A stretch of DNA of 64,000 nt, taken from an uncultured Chloroflexia bacterium (GTDB lineage: Bacteria; Chloroflexota; Chloroflexia; Thermomicrobiales; UBA6265). The notes beneath the pieces are model-generated. The model was not told where the DNA came from. It searched no databases and saw only the letters and a program-made list of their open reading frames with translations. The stretch is from the NCBI GenBank assembly GCA_963750275.1, contig CAVVQC010000011.1, positions 152,880-216,879 on the forward strand. Direction: 5' to 3'. Shown one piece after another: positions 27,008-36,981 of the stretch. The position numbers were made by a program, and so were the translations under genes. Within the stretch, counting starts at the first letter, position 1; the number at the start of each line of letters is the position of its first letter.

Positions 27008-28189
27008 TCAGACGAGTTGAATGGTCGGGAAGACGAGCACCAATGGCGCGGGCGAGTTGGCAATCAGCTTTCGCTCGATGTCGGTTAAGAGCTTTACGCT
27101 GTCATCCCACAACGACTGGGTATCGATTCCCAGGCAAGTCGGCAGGAAACGGCCGAGCTTATCCAGACCATCGGTCATCAGCAGGCGAGCTCCTCGCAGG
27201 TTGCCGTTGCTCGCGTGATGGAATCCAACTCCGATCTGGAGAATTCCCTGGTACAGACTGCGGATTTCTCCGGTTTCCGCGTGCCATTCATGCTCGATCT
27301 CCTCATGGCACTCGTAATAGAGCCCTTCATTGAACAAGCGAATCCCTTCCAGCACGCCTGGGGGTGGTTCCGAGGCACAACCGGCGGGCCCAGCGTCCAC
27401 CATCGCGATCAATGGGTCGAGCAATTCGCGCACCGAGGCAACGCTGCGCGCTGGATTGGGCTGCAAGACTGCCTCGAGCATGAGCGGACCATCGAATCCC
27501 GCTCCTCGGACCGCGCGCAAGATCGCTGACCAGGGAAGCGTGCCATCGCCAGGCAGCAGATTGCCGGGCCGCTTGCCTTCCGTATCGAAATCCCGCAGGT
27601 GGACATCGAAAACCCGGCCCTGCATCTGGCGCAGAAGCAACATGGGGTTCGTCTGACTCGCGACCGCATGATAAGGATCGAAGGCGAAACCGACCGTGCC
27701 CGGCAGAAGCGGTCCGATCTCGATGAAATCACGTAATGTCGAGAGCACGCCCGCCTCAGAATTTTCGATTGCAAGCCGAACACCTGCGATCTGGCACCGG
27801 CGGTCGAGTTCCACAACGACGTCCAGTAACGGTTCCATGCCCGATTCGACGGGATATTCCACGCGAATCGGTCCCTGCCAAACGATCGTTGGAATCCCAA
27901 CCTCGACCGCGCCCTCGATTGCAGCATCGAAGTTGCGCCAGGCGTCGGTTACCATGGCAGGCTCTGGATCGAAGAACATATGCATATCGGGTTCGAGGTG
28001 AAGCGCCACGATCTCGACCCCGGCCAATTGCGCGGCATGTCCATAGGAACGCAGCGCTTCCAGCGCGTATTGCCGTTGGTGATACAGCATCACTTCGGCA
28101 TGTGTAAATCCGAGCACCCCGATTTCAGTCAACGCGGCGGACACACCGAGTTGGGGGTAGAACCCGTTGGTGGAGCAGCCAATGAACAT
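27008..28189 (-). CDS. Sugar-phosphate isomerase/epimerase (xylose-isomerase-like TIM barrel) fused to a C-terminal DUF309 domain
   Basis: N-terminal ~290 aa have a TIM-barrel pattern (FTHAEVML, LAIENSE, FDPYH, HLRDF). C-terminal FNEGLYYECHEEIEHEWHAETGEIRSLYQGILQIGVGFHHASNGNLRGA matches the DUF309 signature from memory. Confidence 0.75.
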   Translation of the reverse strand: MFIGCSTNGFYPQLGVSAALTEIGVLGFTHAEVMLYHQRQYALEALRSYGHAAQLAGVEIVALHLEPDMHMFFDPEPAMVTDAWRNFDAAIEGAVEVGIPTIVWQGPIRVEYPVESGMEPLLDVVVELDRRCQIAGVRLAIENSEAGVLSTLRDFIEIGPLLPGTVGFAFDPYHAVASQTNPMLLLRQMQGRVFDVHLRDFDTEGKRPGNLLPGDGTLPWSAILRAVRGAGFDGPLMLEAVLQPNPARSVASVRELLDPLIAMVDAGPAGCASEPPPGVLEGIRLFNEGLYYECHEEIEHEWHAETGEIRSLYQGILQIGVGFHHASNGNLRGARLLMTDGLDKLGRFLPTCLGIDTQSLWDDSVKLLTDIERKLIANSPAPLVLVFPTIQLV

Positions 28190-28380
28190 GGAGTCCTCTG
28201 TAACGTGTGAAAACCGTGGAATTCAGAGGCGCGCAACCGACCGAATCGGGTCCGCGTCCTCTTTCTATAGGTCTGGTCCCCGCACTCCCAAATCCCTGCG
28301 CATTGTGACGCATCGACCATGGATGGTACCATCGCCCTTCGACTGTTCGACCCGCCGACCGGAGCTGAGTGCGCCTCGCG

Positions 28381-31300
28381 ATGACCCCAGAATCCAAGGC
28401 ATTGCCCCGCCTTACCCGCCTGGAACTCCACGGGTTCAAGAGCTTCGCCAACCGTACGACATTTCTGTTCGAACCAGGCATTACCGCGGTCATTGGTCCC
28501 AACGGCAGCGGGAAGTCGAACATTTCCGACGGTGTACGCTGGGTGCTCGGCGAGCAGAGTCACTCTCTGCTGCGAAGCAAGAAGACCGAAGATGTCATCT
28601 TCGCTGGTGGCAGTGGCCGGGCGCCCGGCGGATTCGCCGAAGTCACCGTAACCTTCGACAACAGCACCGGGTGGCTCCCCATCGAGTTTTCCGAAGTCAC
28701 CGTCACACGCCGCTCCATGCGCTCGGGCGAAAACCAGTTCCTGATCAACGGTCGCAAAGTGCGCCTGAAAGACGTGCATCACCTCACTGCCTCGCTCGGG
28801 CAGTCATATACGGTGGTCGGGCAGGGATTGGTGGACGCTGCGCTGAGCCAGCGAGCCGAGGAACGCCGCGGACTTTTCGAACACGCCGCCGACCTGGCCG
28901 GTCTTCAAATGAAAGCGGCCGAAGCGGACCGCAATCTCAACGAAGCGAAAAACAACGCCGATCGCATTGCTGACCTGCTGGCAGAGGTCGGGCCGCGATT
29001 GCGTACCCTCGAACGGGCGGCGAAGCAGGCGCGCGAATGGCAGGGCGTTCACGACCGACTCAAGTCGATCGAGCGAGGCTATTACCAAGCCCTGCTGGCC
29101 GAAATCGGCGAACGGCTCGAACGTGCCGAAGCTGCGTGTGAGATGGAGTCGGCCCGGCTTGGCAATGCGCAATCGGCCGTTGATGCAGCGCTGGAGCAGC
29201 TCGATGACGCCCGCGAGCTCGCCACCGTAGCGCAATCGGCGTATTCGCGGCAAAGCGCGCATCTGCGGTCCATCTCTGAGCACGCCCAGCAATTGGTTCA
29301 CGAGCGCGATCTCGCAGCCGAACGGATTGCTGCTATCGATCGCCGCCGCGGAGATCTCGTCGAGGGGCAACGCAACCTGGAGGAACGGGCGCTCGAGCTG
29401 GAACAGGAGATCGCGACGGTTCAGACCGCGATCGACCAGATCGCCGCCACTGGTGAAGAAGCGCAAACCAGTATTCCGGAGCTCGAGCGCGAGGTGCAGA
29501 AAGCACGCGAAGGGCGGCAGGCTCGTGAACGGCAACGTCAGCAACTGGCGCACGCGCTGGCCGATCTCGAACGGCGCGTCACCGAGTGCGACCGCTCCTT
29601 GCAGATTGGCGCCGAGCGGCTCGTATCGCTCCGGTCCGAGCGTGAGCGGCATGAATCGCAAACCAGTGAGCAGGGTGAGCGATTGGCTCAGTTGCGGGAC
29701 GAGCTGATCGCGGTCGAGACCGAAGAGCAGGCTGCGGCCGCCGAGCTGGAAATCGCGCGCGCCGCGCACGCCGCCACCGCCGAGCGAATCGCCGCTGCGC
29801 AAGCCGCCGATCAAGCCGCGCGCGCGAATCTGGCGGCATTGCAGGAGAAACGTGGGCAAGCCCGTGCCCAGTTTGACGCACTCAAAAGAATTCACGAGAG
29901 CGGCGCCGGGCTCTACGCTGGCGTGCGCGAAGTGTTGACGGCTGCCCAGGCGGGCAAACTCGCCGGTATCGAGGGAACGGTAGCCGAGTTGATCGACCTC
30001 CCTGCGCGCTACGAAACGGCGGTCGAAGTTGCGCTTGGCGCCCATTTGCAGGACATCGTTGTGCGCCGCTGGGCCGATGCCGAAACGGCGATCGGTCATT
30101 TGAAGAACAAGCGCGCTGGCCGAGCCACCTTTCAGCCGTTGGATACCATTCGCGCCAACACGTCCTCCCGCCCGCGCGATCTCGATGGGCTTGCAGGTGT
30201 GCACGGGATTGCCGCTGAATTGGTGACGGTCAAACCAGAGCACCGTATCGTCGCCGATGCATTGCTTGGTCGTACCGTGGTGGTGGACGACCTTCCCGCG
30301 GCCCGATCCGTGCTCAGCCGGCTCCCGGGCGGTTGGAGCACGGTGACGCTGGCCGGGGAGATCGCTCGTTCAGGCGGATCGGTCACGGGCGGATCCGCCG
30401 TTCGCGAAAACGGGATGTTGACGCGCGAGCGCGAGCTGCGCGAGTTGCCGGAAACGATTCAGTCGCTCGATGACCAGATCGCTGTTTCCCGGCAAACGCT
30501 CGAATCCGGATCGACAGCGCTTGCCGCCACGAGTGGGGAGCTGCGCGAGCTCGATCGCGCACGTCTCACACTCGAAGCCCGCATTCGCGAGCTGGATGGA
30601 CAGAAACGACGGCTTGCTGGTTGGTTGCAGGAACAGGAAGCCCGGCAGGGAAGCGACGCCAACCGTCAACGTGAAGCAATCGACCGCGTTGCCGAACTGG
30701 AAGCGACGCGCACGCGCGTCGAGCAAGAGCGCACCGAGCTGGAACCTGCGCTGGAGCAGGCTCGGCAGAGCCATCAGCGTACTGTCGAGGAGCTCAACCG
30801 CGATGCCGAGCGCCTGCGACAGTTGGAACAACGGCTCGCGACCGCGCTCCAGGAGCGCGCGGTGCTGGACGAACGATTTCGCGCCGAGCGCCGCCAGCTT
30901 TCATCGCTTCTTGCTCAGCAAACGACGCTGTCGGAACAGCTCACCCAGCGGCTGGAACGTTCTGCTGCTTTCGATGGCGAGCGTGCCGAAATCGCGCGAC
31001 AGCTCCGTCAATTGGAACAGGATGCCGCTACCGAAGAAGCCGAGCGATTGCGCCTGGTTGCCGAGCAGACACCTGCGGAGCGCGCCTTGCGGGAAGCATC
31101 GTCAAAGGTGGTCGAGCATGAGCAGCAGTTGGAAACGGCGCGCCAACGCTTGATGCAAACCGACCGCGACCGTGGCAGCGCCACGGTTGTCCTGGAACGC
31201 TATCGAGGAGAGATGGCCACCGTCTGCCAGCGCATCGTCGATGACCTCGAGCTGGAAGATCCCACCGATTTGCTCAACGAACCGGTCGAGGCGCTTGATA

Positions 31301-31977
31301 TCGATATGATCGAAGCGGAACGGGAGATCGGTCGCTTGAAAGAGCGCTTACGCCGGGTGGGATACATCGGCGACGAAGCGGTGCAGGAGTTCGAGCGCGA
31401 ATCCGAACGCCATCAATTTCTGACTGTCCAACTCGACGATGTGCTGACTGCTTCCGCGTCCCTGCGCGAGCTGCTCGACGATCTGCGTGCCACGATGCAG
31501 GTCCGATTCGAGGAAACCTTTACCCGGGTAGCAACGGAATTTTCGACCGCGTTCACGGTGCTCTTTGGTGGAGGGACTGCCAAGCTCGTACTAATCGACA
31601 ATGAGGATGGAGGACCTTCGGGAGTCGACATCGTTGCCCAACCGCCCGGCAAACGGCTCCAGTCGTTGGCGCTCCTTTCCGGAGGGGAGCGCGCATTGAC
31701 CGCCGCTGCGCTGCTCTTTGCCATCCTGAAAGTCAACCCGTCGCCCTTCGTCCTGCTGGATGAAGTCGACGCCGCCTTGGATGAAGCCAATGTCGTGCGG
31801 TTCCGGGAGCGGTTGCAGCAGCTCGCCGCCGAAACCCAGGCGATCATCATCACCCACAACCGGGGCACGATCGAGGTCGCCGATTCGCTCTACGGAGTCA
31901 GCATGCGCGAGGACGGCGTTTCCACCGTGCTCTCGATGCGCATGGCCAGCGAGTTAGCTGGTCGTAGCGCTGACTGA
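28381..31977 (+). CDS. smc: Chromosome partition protein SMC
   Basis: LELHGFKSFA..GITAVIGPNGSGKSNISDGVRWVLGEQS (Walker A), long coiled coils, hinge (GIEGTVAELI..), LSGGERALTAAALLFAI and FVLLDEVDAALD. Start could also be the GTG at 28369. Confidence 0.95.
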   Translation: MTPESKALPRLTRLELHGFKSFANRTTFLFEPGITAVIGPNGSGKSNISDGVRWVLGEQSHSLLRSKKTEDVIFAGGSGRAPGGFAEVTVTFDNSTGWLPIEFSEVTVTRRSMRSGENQFLINGRKVRLKDVHHLTASLGQSYTVVGQGLVDAALSQRAEERRGLFEHAADLAGLQMKAAEADRNLNEAKNNADRIADLLAEVGPRLRTLERAAKQAREWQGVHDRLKSIERGYYQALLAEIGERLERAEAACEMESARLGNAQSAVDAALEQLDDARELATVAQSAYSRQSAHLRSISEHAQQLVHERDLAAERIAAIDRRRGDLVEGQRNLEERALELEQEIATVQTAIDQIAATGEEAQTSIPELEREVQKAREGRQARERQRQQLAHALADLERRVTECDRSLQIGAERLVSLRSERERHESQTSEQGERLAQLRDELIAVETEEQAAAAELEIARAAHAATAERIAAAQAADQAARANLAALQEKRGQARAQFDALKRIHESGAGLYAGVREVLTAAQAGKLAGIEGTVAELIDLPARYETAVEVALGAHLQDIVVRRWADAETAIGHLKNKRAGRATFQPLDTIRANTSSRPRDLDGLAGVHGIAAELVTVKPEHRIVADALLGRTVVVDDLPAARSVLSRLPGGWSTVTLAGEIARSGGSVTGGSAVRENGMLTRERELRELPETIQSLDDQIAVSRQTLESGSTALAATSGELRELDRARLTLEARIRELDGQKRRLAGWLQEQEARQGSDANRQREAIDRVAELEATRTRVEQERTELEPALEQARQSHQRTVEELNRDAERLRQLEQRLATALQERAVLDERFRAERRQLSSLLAQQTTLSEQLTQRLERSAAFDGERAEIARQLRQLEQDAATEEAERLRLVAEQTPAERALREASSKVVEHEQQLETARQRLMQTDRDRGSATVVLERYRGEMATVCQRIVDDLELEDPTDLLNEPVEALDIDMIEAEREIGRLKERLRRVGYIGDEAVQEFERESERHQFLTVQLDDVLTASASLRELLDDLRATMQVRFEETFTRVATEFSTAFTVLFGGGTAKLVLIDNEDGGPSGVDIVAQPPGKRLQSLALLSGGERALTAAALLFAILKVNPSPFVLLDEVDAALDEANVVRFRERLQQLAAETQAIIITHNRGTIEVADSLYGVSMREDGVSTVLSMRMASELAGRSAD

Positions 31978-31993
31978 TTTGGGAAATTGAGCG

Positions 31994-32143
31994 CTAAATC
32001 AGGTTGAGCAGCGCGTCTGCGCCGCCCTTCAGCTTGTTCATCACGCTTGCCCGGGTTTCCTTGCCGCTGCGCGGTGCGAAGAGCACACCAACGACCAGCC
32101 CCCAGAAGAGATATTTGAAACCCATCCGCGTTCTGCCGATCAT
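31994..32143 (-). CDS. Unlisted 49-aa YtxH-like small membrane protein
   Basis: Minus strand reads GGAGAAacaggaacATG, encoding MIGRTRMGFKYLFWGLVVGVLFAPRSGKETRASVMNKLKGGADALLNLI then TAG. Its ATG overlaps the TGA of the upstream YtxH gene (ATGA). Confidence 0.6.
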   Translation of the reverse strand: MIGRTRMGFKYLFWGLVVGVLFAPRSGKETRASVMNKLKGGADALLNLI

Positions 32144-32376
32144 GTTCCTGTTTCTCCGTTCGCTTCATCGGGATTGGCCGCCGTCGCGTACCACTCGGGT
32201 GGCAACGTCGGTTCGGGTTCAGGGCGCCAGACCTCCATGCCAGTCAAGCGAAAGAGCGAATCCTCGACCGCTTCCTCGATCCGTGCCCTGGTCGCCTTGC
32301 CAGAACGGGGGGCGGTCCAGATGCCATAAGCGGCACCAGCGGTCACACCGATCACCGCACCTTTCCAAAATGCCAT
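32140..32376 (-). CDS. YtxH-domain protein
   Basis: MAFWKGAVIGVTAGAAYGIWTAPRSGKATRARIEEAVED is the YtxH signature (G-rich helix followed by APxSGKxTR). Confidence 0.7.
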   Translation of the reverse strand: MAFWKGAVIGVTAGAAYGIWTAPRSGKATRARIEEAVEDSLFRLTGMEVWRPEPEPTLPPEWYATAANPDEANGETGT

Positions 32377-32683
32377 AAGCGGGGATCCTCTCTCACCGGA
32401 ACAGAAAACTCTAGAAAGCTAGTTTAGCAAAGCAGAAACGTTCTGCCGCTTTTTCCGTCGCACGCCGCTGCGCCTGGAGAGCCGCCTTCGATGGGGAGAG
32501 GGGGGCATGCCGGCACAGCTGTTCTCCCTCTTGAACATTATTGGCACCGATCTAGTGGAGCGAACATCCGCAGATGTTTCAGCTTCTGAGAGGAACCCGT
32601 ACGCAGACTATGATTCGTGCGGCCGGGAGCGCGTCAGTCGCGCTTGTTCCGGGCGATGGATCGAAGAAGCCCGAGTGTTTCCA

Positions 32684-33808
32684 ATGCCTCGACTCAGCAA
32701 GGATCACGTACAAGCACTCTCGGCAGTGCGCGTCGTCGCCTCGCGGCCGCTCACGCCCGATCGCCTCGGCAGCGAGTTACTAGCGCCGCTGGAGCGGGCT
32801 ATCGGGTGGGATGGGTATCGGCTCTTCGGCGTCGACTCACGCACCTTGTTGATCAATCGACTCCTCTCCGCCAGCGACAACGACCGGATTGCACGACGTG
32901 AATGGCTGGAAGAGGTCTATCTCGATAAGCGCACCTTGCCCTATTTACAGCTTCCGGAAATCCTGCGCGCACGCTTGAAAGCTGCCGCCTATCAGCCAAG
33001 GCAGGAGCAATCGTGGGGTTATCCGCAGGCCATGCTGAAAAGTATCGAGCCTCGTCGGCATTGGCACTATTACTTCGAGTCGCAGAGCCCGGTGGGGGGC
33101 ACGCTGCACGCGTGTTTCGAGTCGGGTGACCGTCCGATCGCGGTGCTCCAGGCGTATCGGCGCGATCCCGAGCGCTCCTTCCGGCCGAAAGACGTCGCAT
33201 TGATGCAGGCCGCCGCACCCCTTATCGGCCAGGCGCTTGGCACGGCCTTTGCGCGCGAGCAAGCGCTTGCCGTTGTTCGAGAATCCCCGGCCAGCGGCAT
33301 TCTCTTTGTCACTCCAGATCGCGCCATCGCGTTCGCAACGCCCGCCGGTGCGGAATGGCTACGCCATCTCCGTTCGACTGAACCCGCGGAGCTCGAGCCG
33401 CTGCCGACTGCCGTCTGGTCGGCTGCCAAGCGACTTGTAGAGCAAGAGGCGACGGCGATCCGGGTGGATACGATGTCGGCTATCGGACCGGTGACATTGG
33501 AAACATCGGACGGCGGAGACGGCTCGATCGCCGTCGTAATCACACCGGCGCGGCCGCAACCAGCATTGGAGCCGCCCGATCATTGGGGTTTGACGCAGCA
33601 ACAGGGCCAGATCGCCATGCAAATCATGAGCGGGGCCAGCAATCGCGAGATCGCCGAGCAACTCTTTCTTAGCGTGCACACGGTCGAATGGCATTTGCGC
33701 CAGATCTATCGTTCCCTCGACCTCTCTTCCCGCTCTCAGCTCCAGGCCCGGTTCTTCCGCGACGTGGGACTCGCCCACTACCAGGAGCCCGAACCCTCGG
33801 ACGGGTAG
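32684..33808 (+). CDS. LuxR-family transcriptional regulator with an N-terminal sensor (GAF-like?) region
   Basis: C-terminal HTH: LTQQQGQIAMQIMSGASNREIAEQLFLSVHTVEWHLRQIYRSLDLSSRSQL. Start uncertain: track ORF starts at 32507, and the ATG at 32684 (MPRLSKDH) was chosen without a clear RBS. Confidence 0.75.
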   Translation: MPRLSKDHVQALSAVRVVASRPLTPDRLGSELLAPLERAIGWDGYRLFGVDSRTLLINRLLSASDNDRIARREWLEEVYLDKRTLPYLQLPEILRARLKAAAYQPRQEQSWGYPQAMLKSIEPRRHWHYYFESQSPVGGTLHACFESGDRPIAVLQAYRRDPERSFRPKDVALMQAAAPLIGQALGTAFAREQALAVVRESPASGILFVTPDRAIAFATPAGAEWLRHLRSTEPAELEPLPTAVWSAAKRLVEQEATAIRVDTMSAIGPVTLETSDGGDGSIAVVITPARPQPALEPPDHWGLTQQQGQIAMQIMSGASNREIAEQLFLSVHTVEWHLRQIYRSLDLSSRSQLQARFFRDVGLAHYQEPEPSDG

Positions 33809-33838
33809 ACCGAGTCTGAAGTCAGGTAACGCAACGAA

Positions 33839-33878
33839 CCGCACGAGCGGACCGGCATAAACCAGTCCGCTCGTGCGG
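33839..33878. terminator. 13-bp hairpin between convergent genes
   Basis: CCGCACGAGCGGA (33839-33851), 14-nt loop, TCCGCTCGTGCGG (33866-33878). No clear T-tract. Confidence 0.4.
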
Positions 33879-33896
33879 CAGAGGAGTGGAGAACTA

Positions 33897-34805
33897 CTAC
33901 TCGACGGTGAAGCTTTCCGCCATGCCCAGGAGCAGAGCGGGCATCTGGGTCTCGGGGTCGATCACCCAGCTCGTAGCGGTGTAGGTGCCCGGTTCGAGAT
34001 CGAGCTCCAGCCAGGTCCCAAAACCGGGAGAGGCAACCGCTGTGTAGCCAACCCAGATCATCGACATGAATTCTGCCGAGGGCGTTCCCGCTTCCATTCC
34101 CGCGAAGAATCCAGCGAAATCTTCCGAGCTGAAACCACGCGGCGTCTTGAACAGCACCATCTGGCGCGGCTGCTCGCCGGTATTGGTCACATGCCAGATC
34201 TGTGGACCGGTCGGAACCGTGGCACTCGACAATCCAAAGGCAACGTCCTGGAGCTCCAGCGTTACATCGGTCGGAACGTCCACAGTCGCTACCGGAGTCG
34301 CGTCGGTTACGGTGAATGGCGTCAGAGTCATGATTTCGTTTTCGCCGCCGTCGGGTGAGTCGGGCATGTATGAGGCGGCAAGCTGCCACTCGCCCGGAGT
34401 GAGATCGACGATGAACTCCACCGACCCGCCACCGAAGGCAAACGAACCACCGCCATACGTCCAACCTTCGCTGGGAACGTCGTCGCGCGCCATCAACAGC
34501 GCTTGCTCGGTTGCGGTCGTCTCATCCAGACCGTCCGGAACCTGCATGAAGTCCAGATAAACTGCCACACCTTCGGTGCTGTTGAGGATGACGTGCAGCT
34601 TGCCGGCATTCGCTTCGGTGGTCGAGAAGGTGAAGCCGTCCGCGCTTCCATTCGCTTCCAGAGTCGGAAGTCCGAACGTCCCGATGACGGTATTGGAAAA
34701 CGCGGGTTGAATCTGTTCGATTTGCGCGGAGGCCGAGCGCAACCCTGGGCCGATGGCGATCAGACCAAGCAGTATTGCGCCAAGCACTGAGAGGAACCGT
34801 TTCAT
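33897..34805 (-). CDS. Secreted hypothetical protein with two beta-sandwich-like repeats
   Basis: Signal peptide MKRFLSVLGAILLGLIAIGPGLRSASAQ. Internal similarity between halves: ...EFIVDLTPGEWQLAASY... and ...LELDLEPGTYTATSW... Confidence 0.7.
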   Translation of the reverse strand: MKRFLSVLGAILLGLIAIGPGLRSASAQIEQIQPAFSNTVIGTFGLPTLEANGSADGFTFSTTEANAGKLHVILNSTEGVAVYLDFMQVPDGLDETTATEQALLMARDDVPSEGWTYGGGSFAFGGGSVEFIVDLTPGEWQLAASYMPDSPDGGENEIMTLTPFTVTDATPVATVDVPTDVTLELQDVAFGLSSATVPTGPQIWHVTNTGEQPRQMVLFKTPRGFSSEDFAGFFAGMEAGTPSAEFMSMIWVGYTAVASPGFGTWLELDLEPGTYTATSWVIDPETQMPALLLGMAESFTVE

Positions 34806-34993
34806 TTCAGGAACATCCTTCCATTACGTTGGGCGTGTCCAGCCAGGTTTCGTCTTAAGACCCGGCCGGCGCCCCTTCTTACGTCGCGATGCGCAGTCGC
34901 GCATCCCACACCAACAACGGTAGCCAAAGAGCTTCCCTGAAGCACCACGGAAATCCGTGGTTTTCCGGTACTGTTCCACTGGGAGGAATTGCC

Positions 34994-36117
34994 ATGATGC
35001 GAATTCGCGATATCGAAGTGATTGGTCTGGTCGGGGCTACCCCGGAAGGCGGCTGGAGCAACGAGCTCAAACCCGACGATTCGGTGCACACGCTTGTGAT
35101 CGTGCGCACCGACGAAGGCATCGACGGGATAGGCGGAGCATTCACGAATGCCGCTCTCGTACGTGCTGCGGTCAATGTTTTGGAGCCGCTCTGGCGTGGC
35201 GAGTCGGCAATCGAACCGGAACGGGTCAGCGAAAAGCTGCACCAGAACACCTTTTGGCTCGGGCGGGGCGGCTCGCTGACCCACACCATTAGCGCGATCG
35301 ATATTGCGCTCTGGGACATTCTCGGTAAAGCCACCGGCCAACCGGTGGGACGCTTGCTCGGCGGCCGCTATCGCGAGCGGGTCAAACCATATGCCTCGGT
35401 CTTGATGGACCAGCCGGGCCCGTTGCGCGAGCTGATGACACGTTTGCGGGAAGACGGTTACAAAGCCGTCAAAATGGGTTGGGGACCGTTTGGCCGCGTG
35501 AGTCATGCGCTGGACGAGGAGATCGTGCGCGTCGCGCGGGAGGCGTTGGGTCCGGATGTCGAACTGATGGTCGATGCCGGGGCCAGCGACGCGTTCTGGC
35601 CAAATGGCTACGCCTGGGCGTTACGAACCTCGAAGATGCTGGCGGACTACAACGTGGTCTGGTTCGAAGAAGCCCTCAGGCCGGACGCGCTGGAGGATTT
35701 CGTTGCGCTCCGGCGCAACTCAGCAGTACCGATCAGCGGGGGAGAAGTGCTGACTCGGCGGCAAACATTCGTTCCATGGCTTGCAGCCGGCGCGTTCGAT
35801 ATCGTCCAGCCCGATGTCTGCAAGGTAGGGGGTATCAGTGAAGAGCGGCGCATCGGTTGGTATGCCGAGGAATTCGGCGTCAAGCTAATTCCCCACGGCT
35901 GGAACACGGCCGTCGGACTGGCCGCCGATCTCCAGCTCGCTTCGGCCATTCCCGGTACCGACCGGGTCGAATACCTGCAAGGCTCGCCCTACATCGATGA
36001 GATCATCACGCAGCCCTGGCAGCTCGATGCCGATGGGTATCTCACCATTCCGGAAGCCCGGGTCTCGGTATCGAGCTCGACTGGGACGTGCTACCCAGGT
36101 ACAGCGACCTCGAATAA
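34994..36117 (+). pseudogene. Enolase-superfamily enzyme (mandelate racemase/muconate lactonizing family) with a 1-nt frameshift near its 3' end (about 36057-36060)
   Basis: GGGAGGA precedes the ATG at 34994. Motif SAIDIALWDILGKATGQPVGRLLGG. After ...GYLTIPEA the track frame gives RVSVSSSTGT... and runs 127 nt into the convergent gene. The adjacent frame reads PGLGIELDWDVLPRYSDLE then TAA (36115-36117), the typical family C-terminus. One C appears to be missing from GCCCGGG. Confidence 0.85.
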
Positions 36118-36126
36118 GCAGATCGC

Positions 36127-36969
36127 TCAGGCGAGCACCGTCACCATTCCAACTAGCACATCGAGCGCTGCCGGGTCGCCGGCGCGCTCGATGTGCGGCA
36201 TGGCATCCTCGGAGGTGATTCCCTTGGTATACAGCCGCCAGGCGATGTCTTGATCGAGGGCGACCGAGGCAAACGGTTGGATGCCCCGATCACTGCCAAA
36301 CTCCCAACCCGTCGCTGCTTTGCGCACGATCCAGGTGCACCCGGCGCCGCCGCGAATCGTCACATGGATATTCGCTCCCAGTGGCGCATAGACCTCGCGC
36401 AGCGCGTTCGGCAACGCCAGCATGAAGGTATCGAACACGGGATAGAGCGCCCAGCGGTCATTCAGCAACGGGAGTTCGGCTGCGTCGCGAATCTGCTGCT
36501 GGTGGATCCAGCGTTCGGTGAATTCGCGCGCCACGTCCATCCATACCGGTGCCGGTCCGGGTTGAATCCAGTCGACGGGGATACCGGGAGCGTTCATATC
36601 GAACGTGGCCAGCGTTTCCGCATACTCGATTCCGCTCAGTTGGAGCTGATCGATTACCTGCTGCGGGCTCATCCAGCGCGCGCCCGAAATCCATGCATTG
36701 TTGAGCTCGTCTACCAGGGCAGTCACCTCACCCCTGCCATAGGGCGGTTTTACGCGCGGACCGTGCGGAGACTGATACCCGTCCCGATGCCCGGCGATGA
36801 AACGCAGATCCCCATTTAGGAGGTGAAGCGCAACATCGTGAATCGACCAACCCGTGCAAACCGTCGGAAGCTGCCACGCTTCGGCACTCAACGAGCGCAG
36901 CACCTGGAGCAGCTCTGCCCGCTCTCGCGAAAAGAGAGGGCGCAAATCAGTGGGGGTAAAGGTGGTCAT
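36127..36969 (-). CDS. DinB/MDMPI-family protein (mycothiol-dependent maleylpyruvate isomerase-like metal-binding N-domain)
   Basis: N-terminus: LLQVLRSLSAEAWQLPTVCTGWSIHDVALHL, typical of the family. Confidence 0.7.
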   Translation of the reverse strand: MTTFTPTDLRPLFSRERAELLQVLRSLSAEAWQLPTVCTGWSIHDVALHLLNGDLRFIAGHRDGYQSPHGPRVKPPYGRGEVTALVDELNNAWISGARWMSPQQVIDQLQLSGIEYAETLATFDMNAPGIPVDWIQPGPAPVWMDVAREFTERWIHQQQIRDAAELPLLNDRWALYPVFDTFMLALPNALREVYAPLGANIHVTIRGGAGCTWIVRKAATGWEFGSDRGIQPFASVALDQDIAWRLYTKGITSEDAMPHIERAGDPAALDVLVGMVTVLA

Positions 36970-36981
36970 CGCGTCATCTGC

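Noticed and set aside
28804-30243. 479-aa minus-strand ORF antisense to smc. Similar long antisense ORFs occur at 6378..7436, 14665..15540, 16015..17034, 43721..44533 and 44940..45974
   Set aside because: Each overlaps a gene with unmistakable family motifs on the other strand. Composition is Arg/Gly/Leu-rich, typical of GC-rich antisense frames.
28381-31977. SMC-like ATPase as part of a defence system (Wadjet/Lamassu-type)
   Set aside because: It is a full-length canonical SMC (Walker A, hinge, LSGGE, Walker B, about 1200 aa). No JetA/B/D- or LmuA/B-like partner is adjacent, and the neighbours are a TIM-barrel enzyme and YtxH genes.
36118-36253. 3' extension of the enolase-family ORF overlapping the convergent DinB-like gene by 127 nt
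   Set aside because: It is produced by a 1-nt frameshift at about 36057. The corrected frame ends at TAA 36115-36117 with the family-typical C-terminus.
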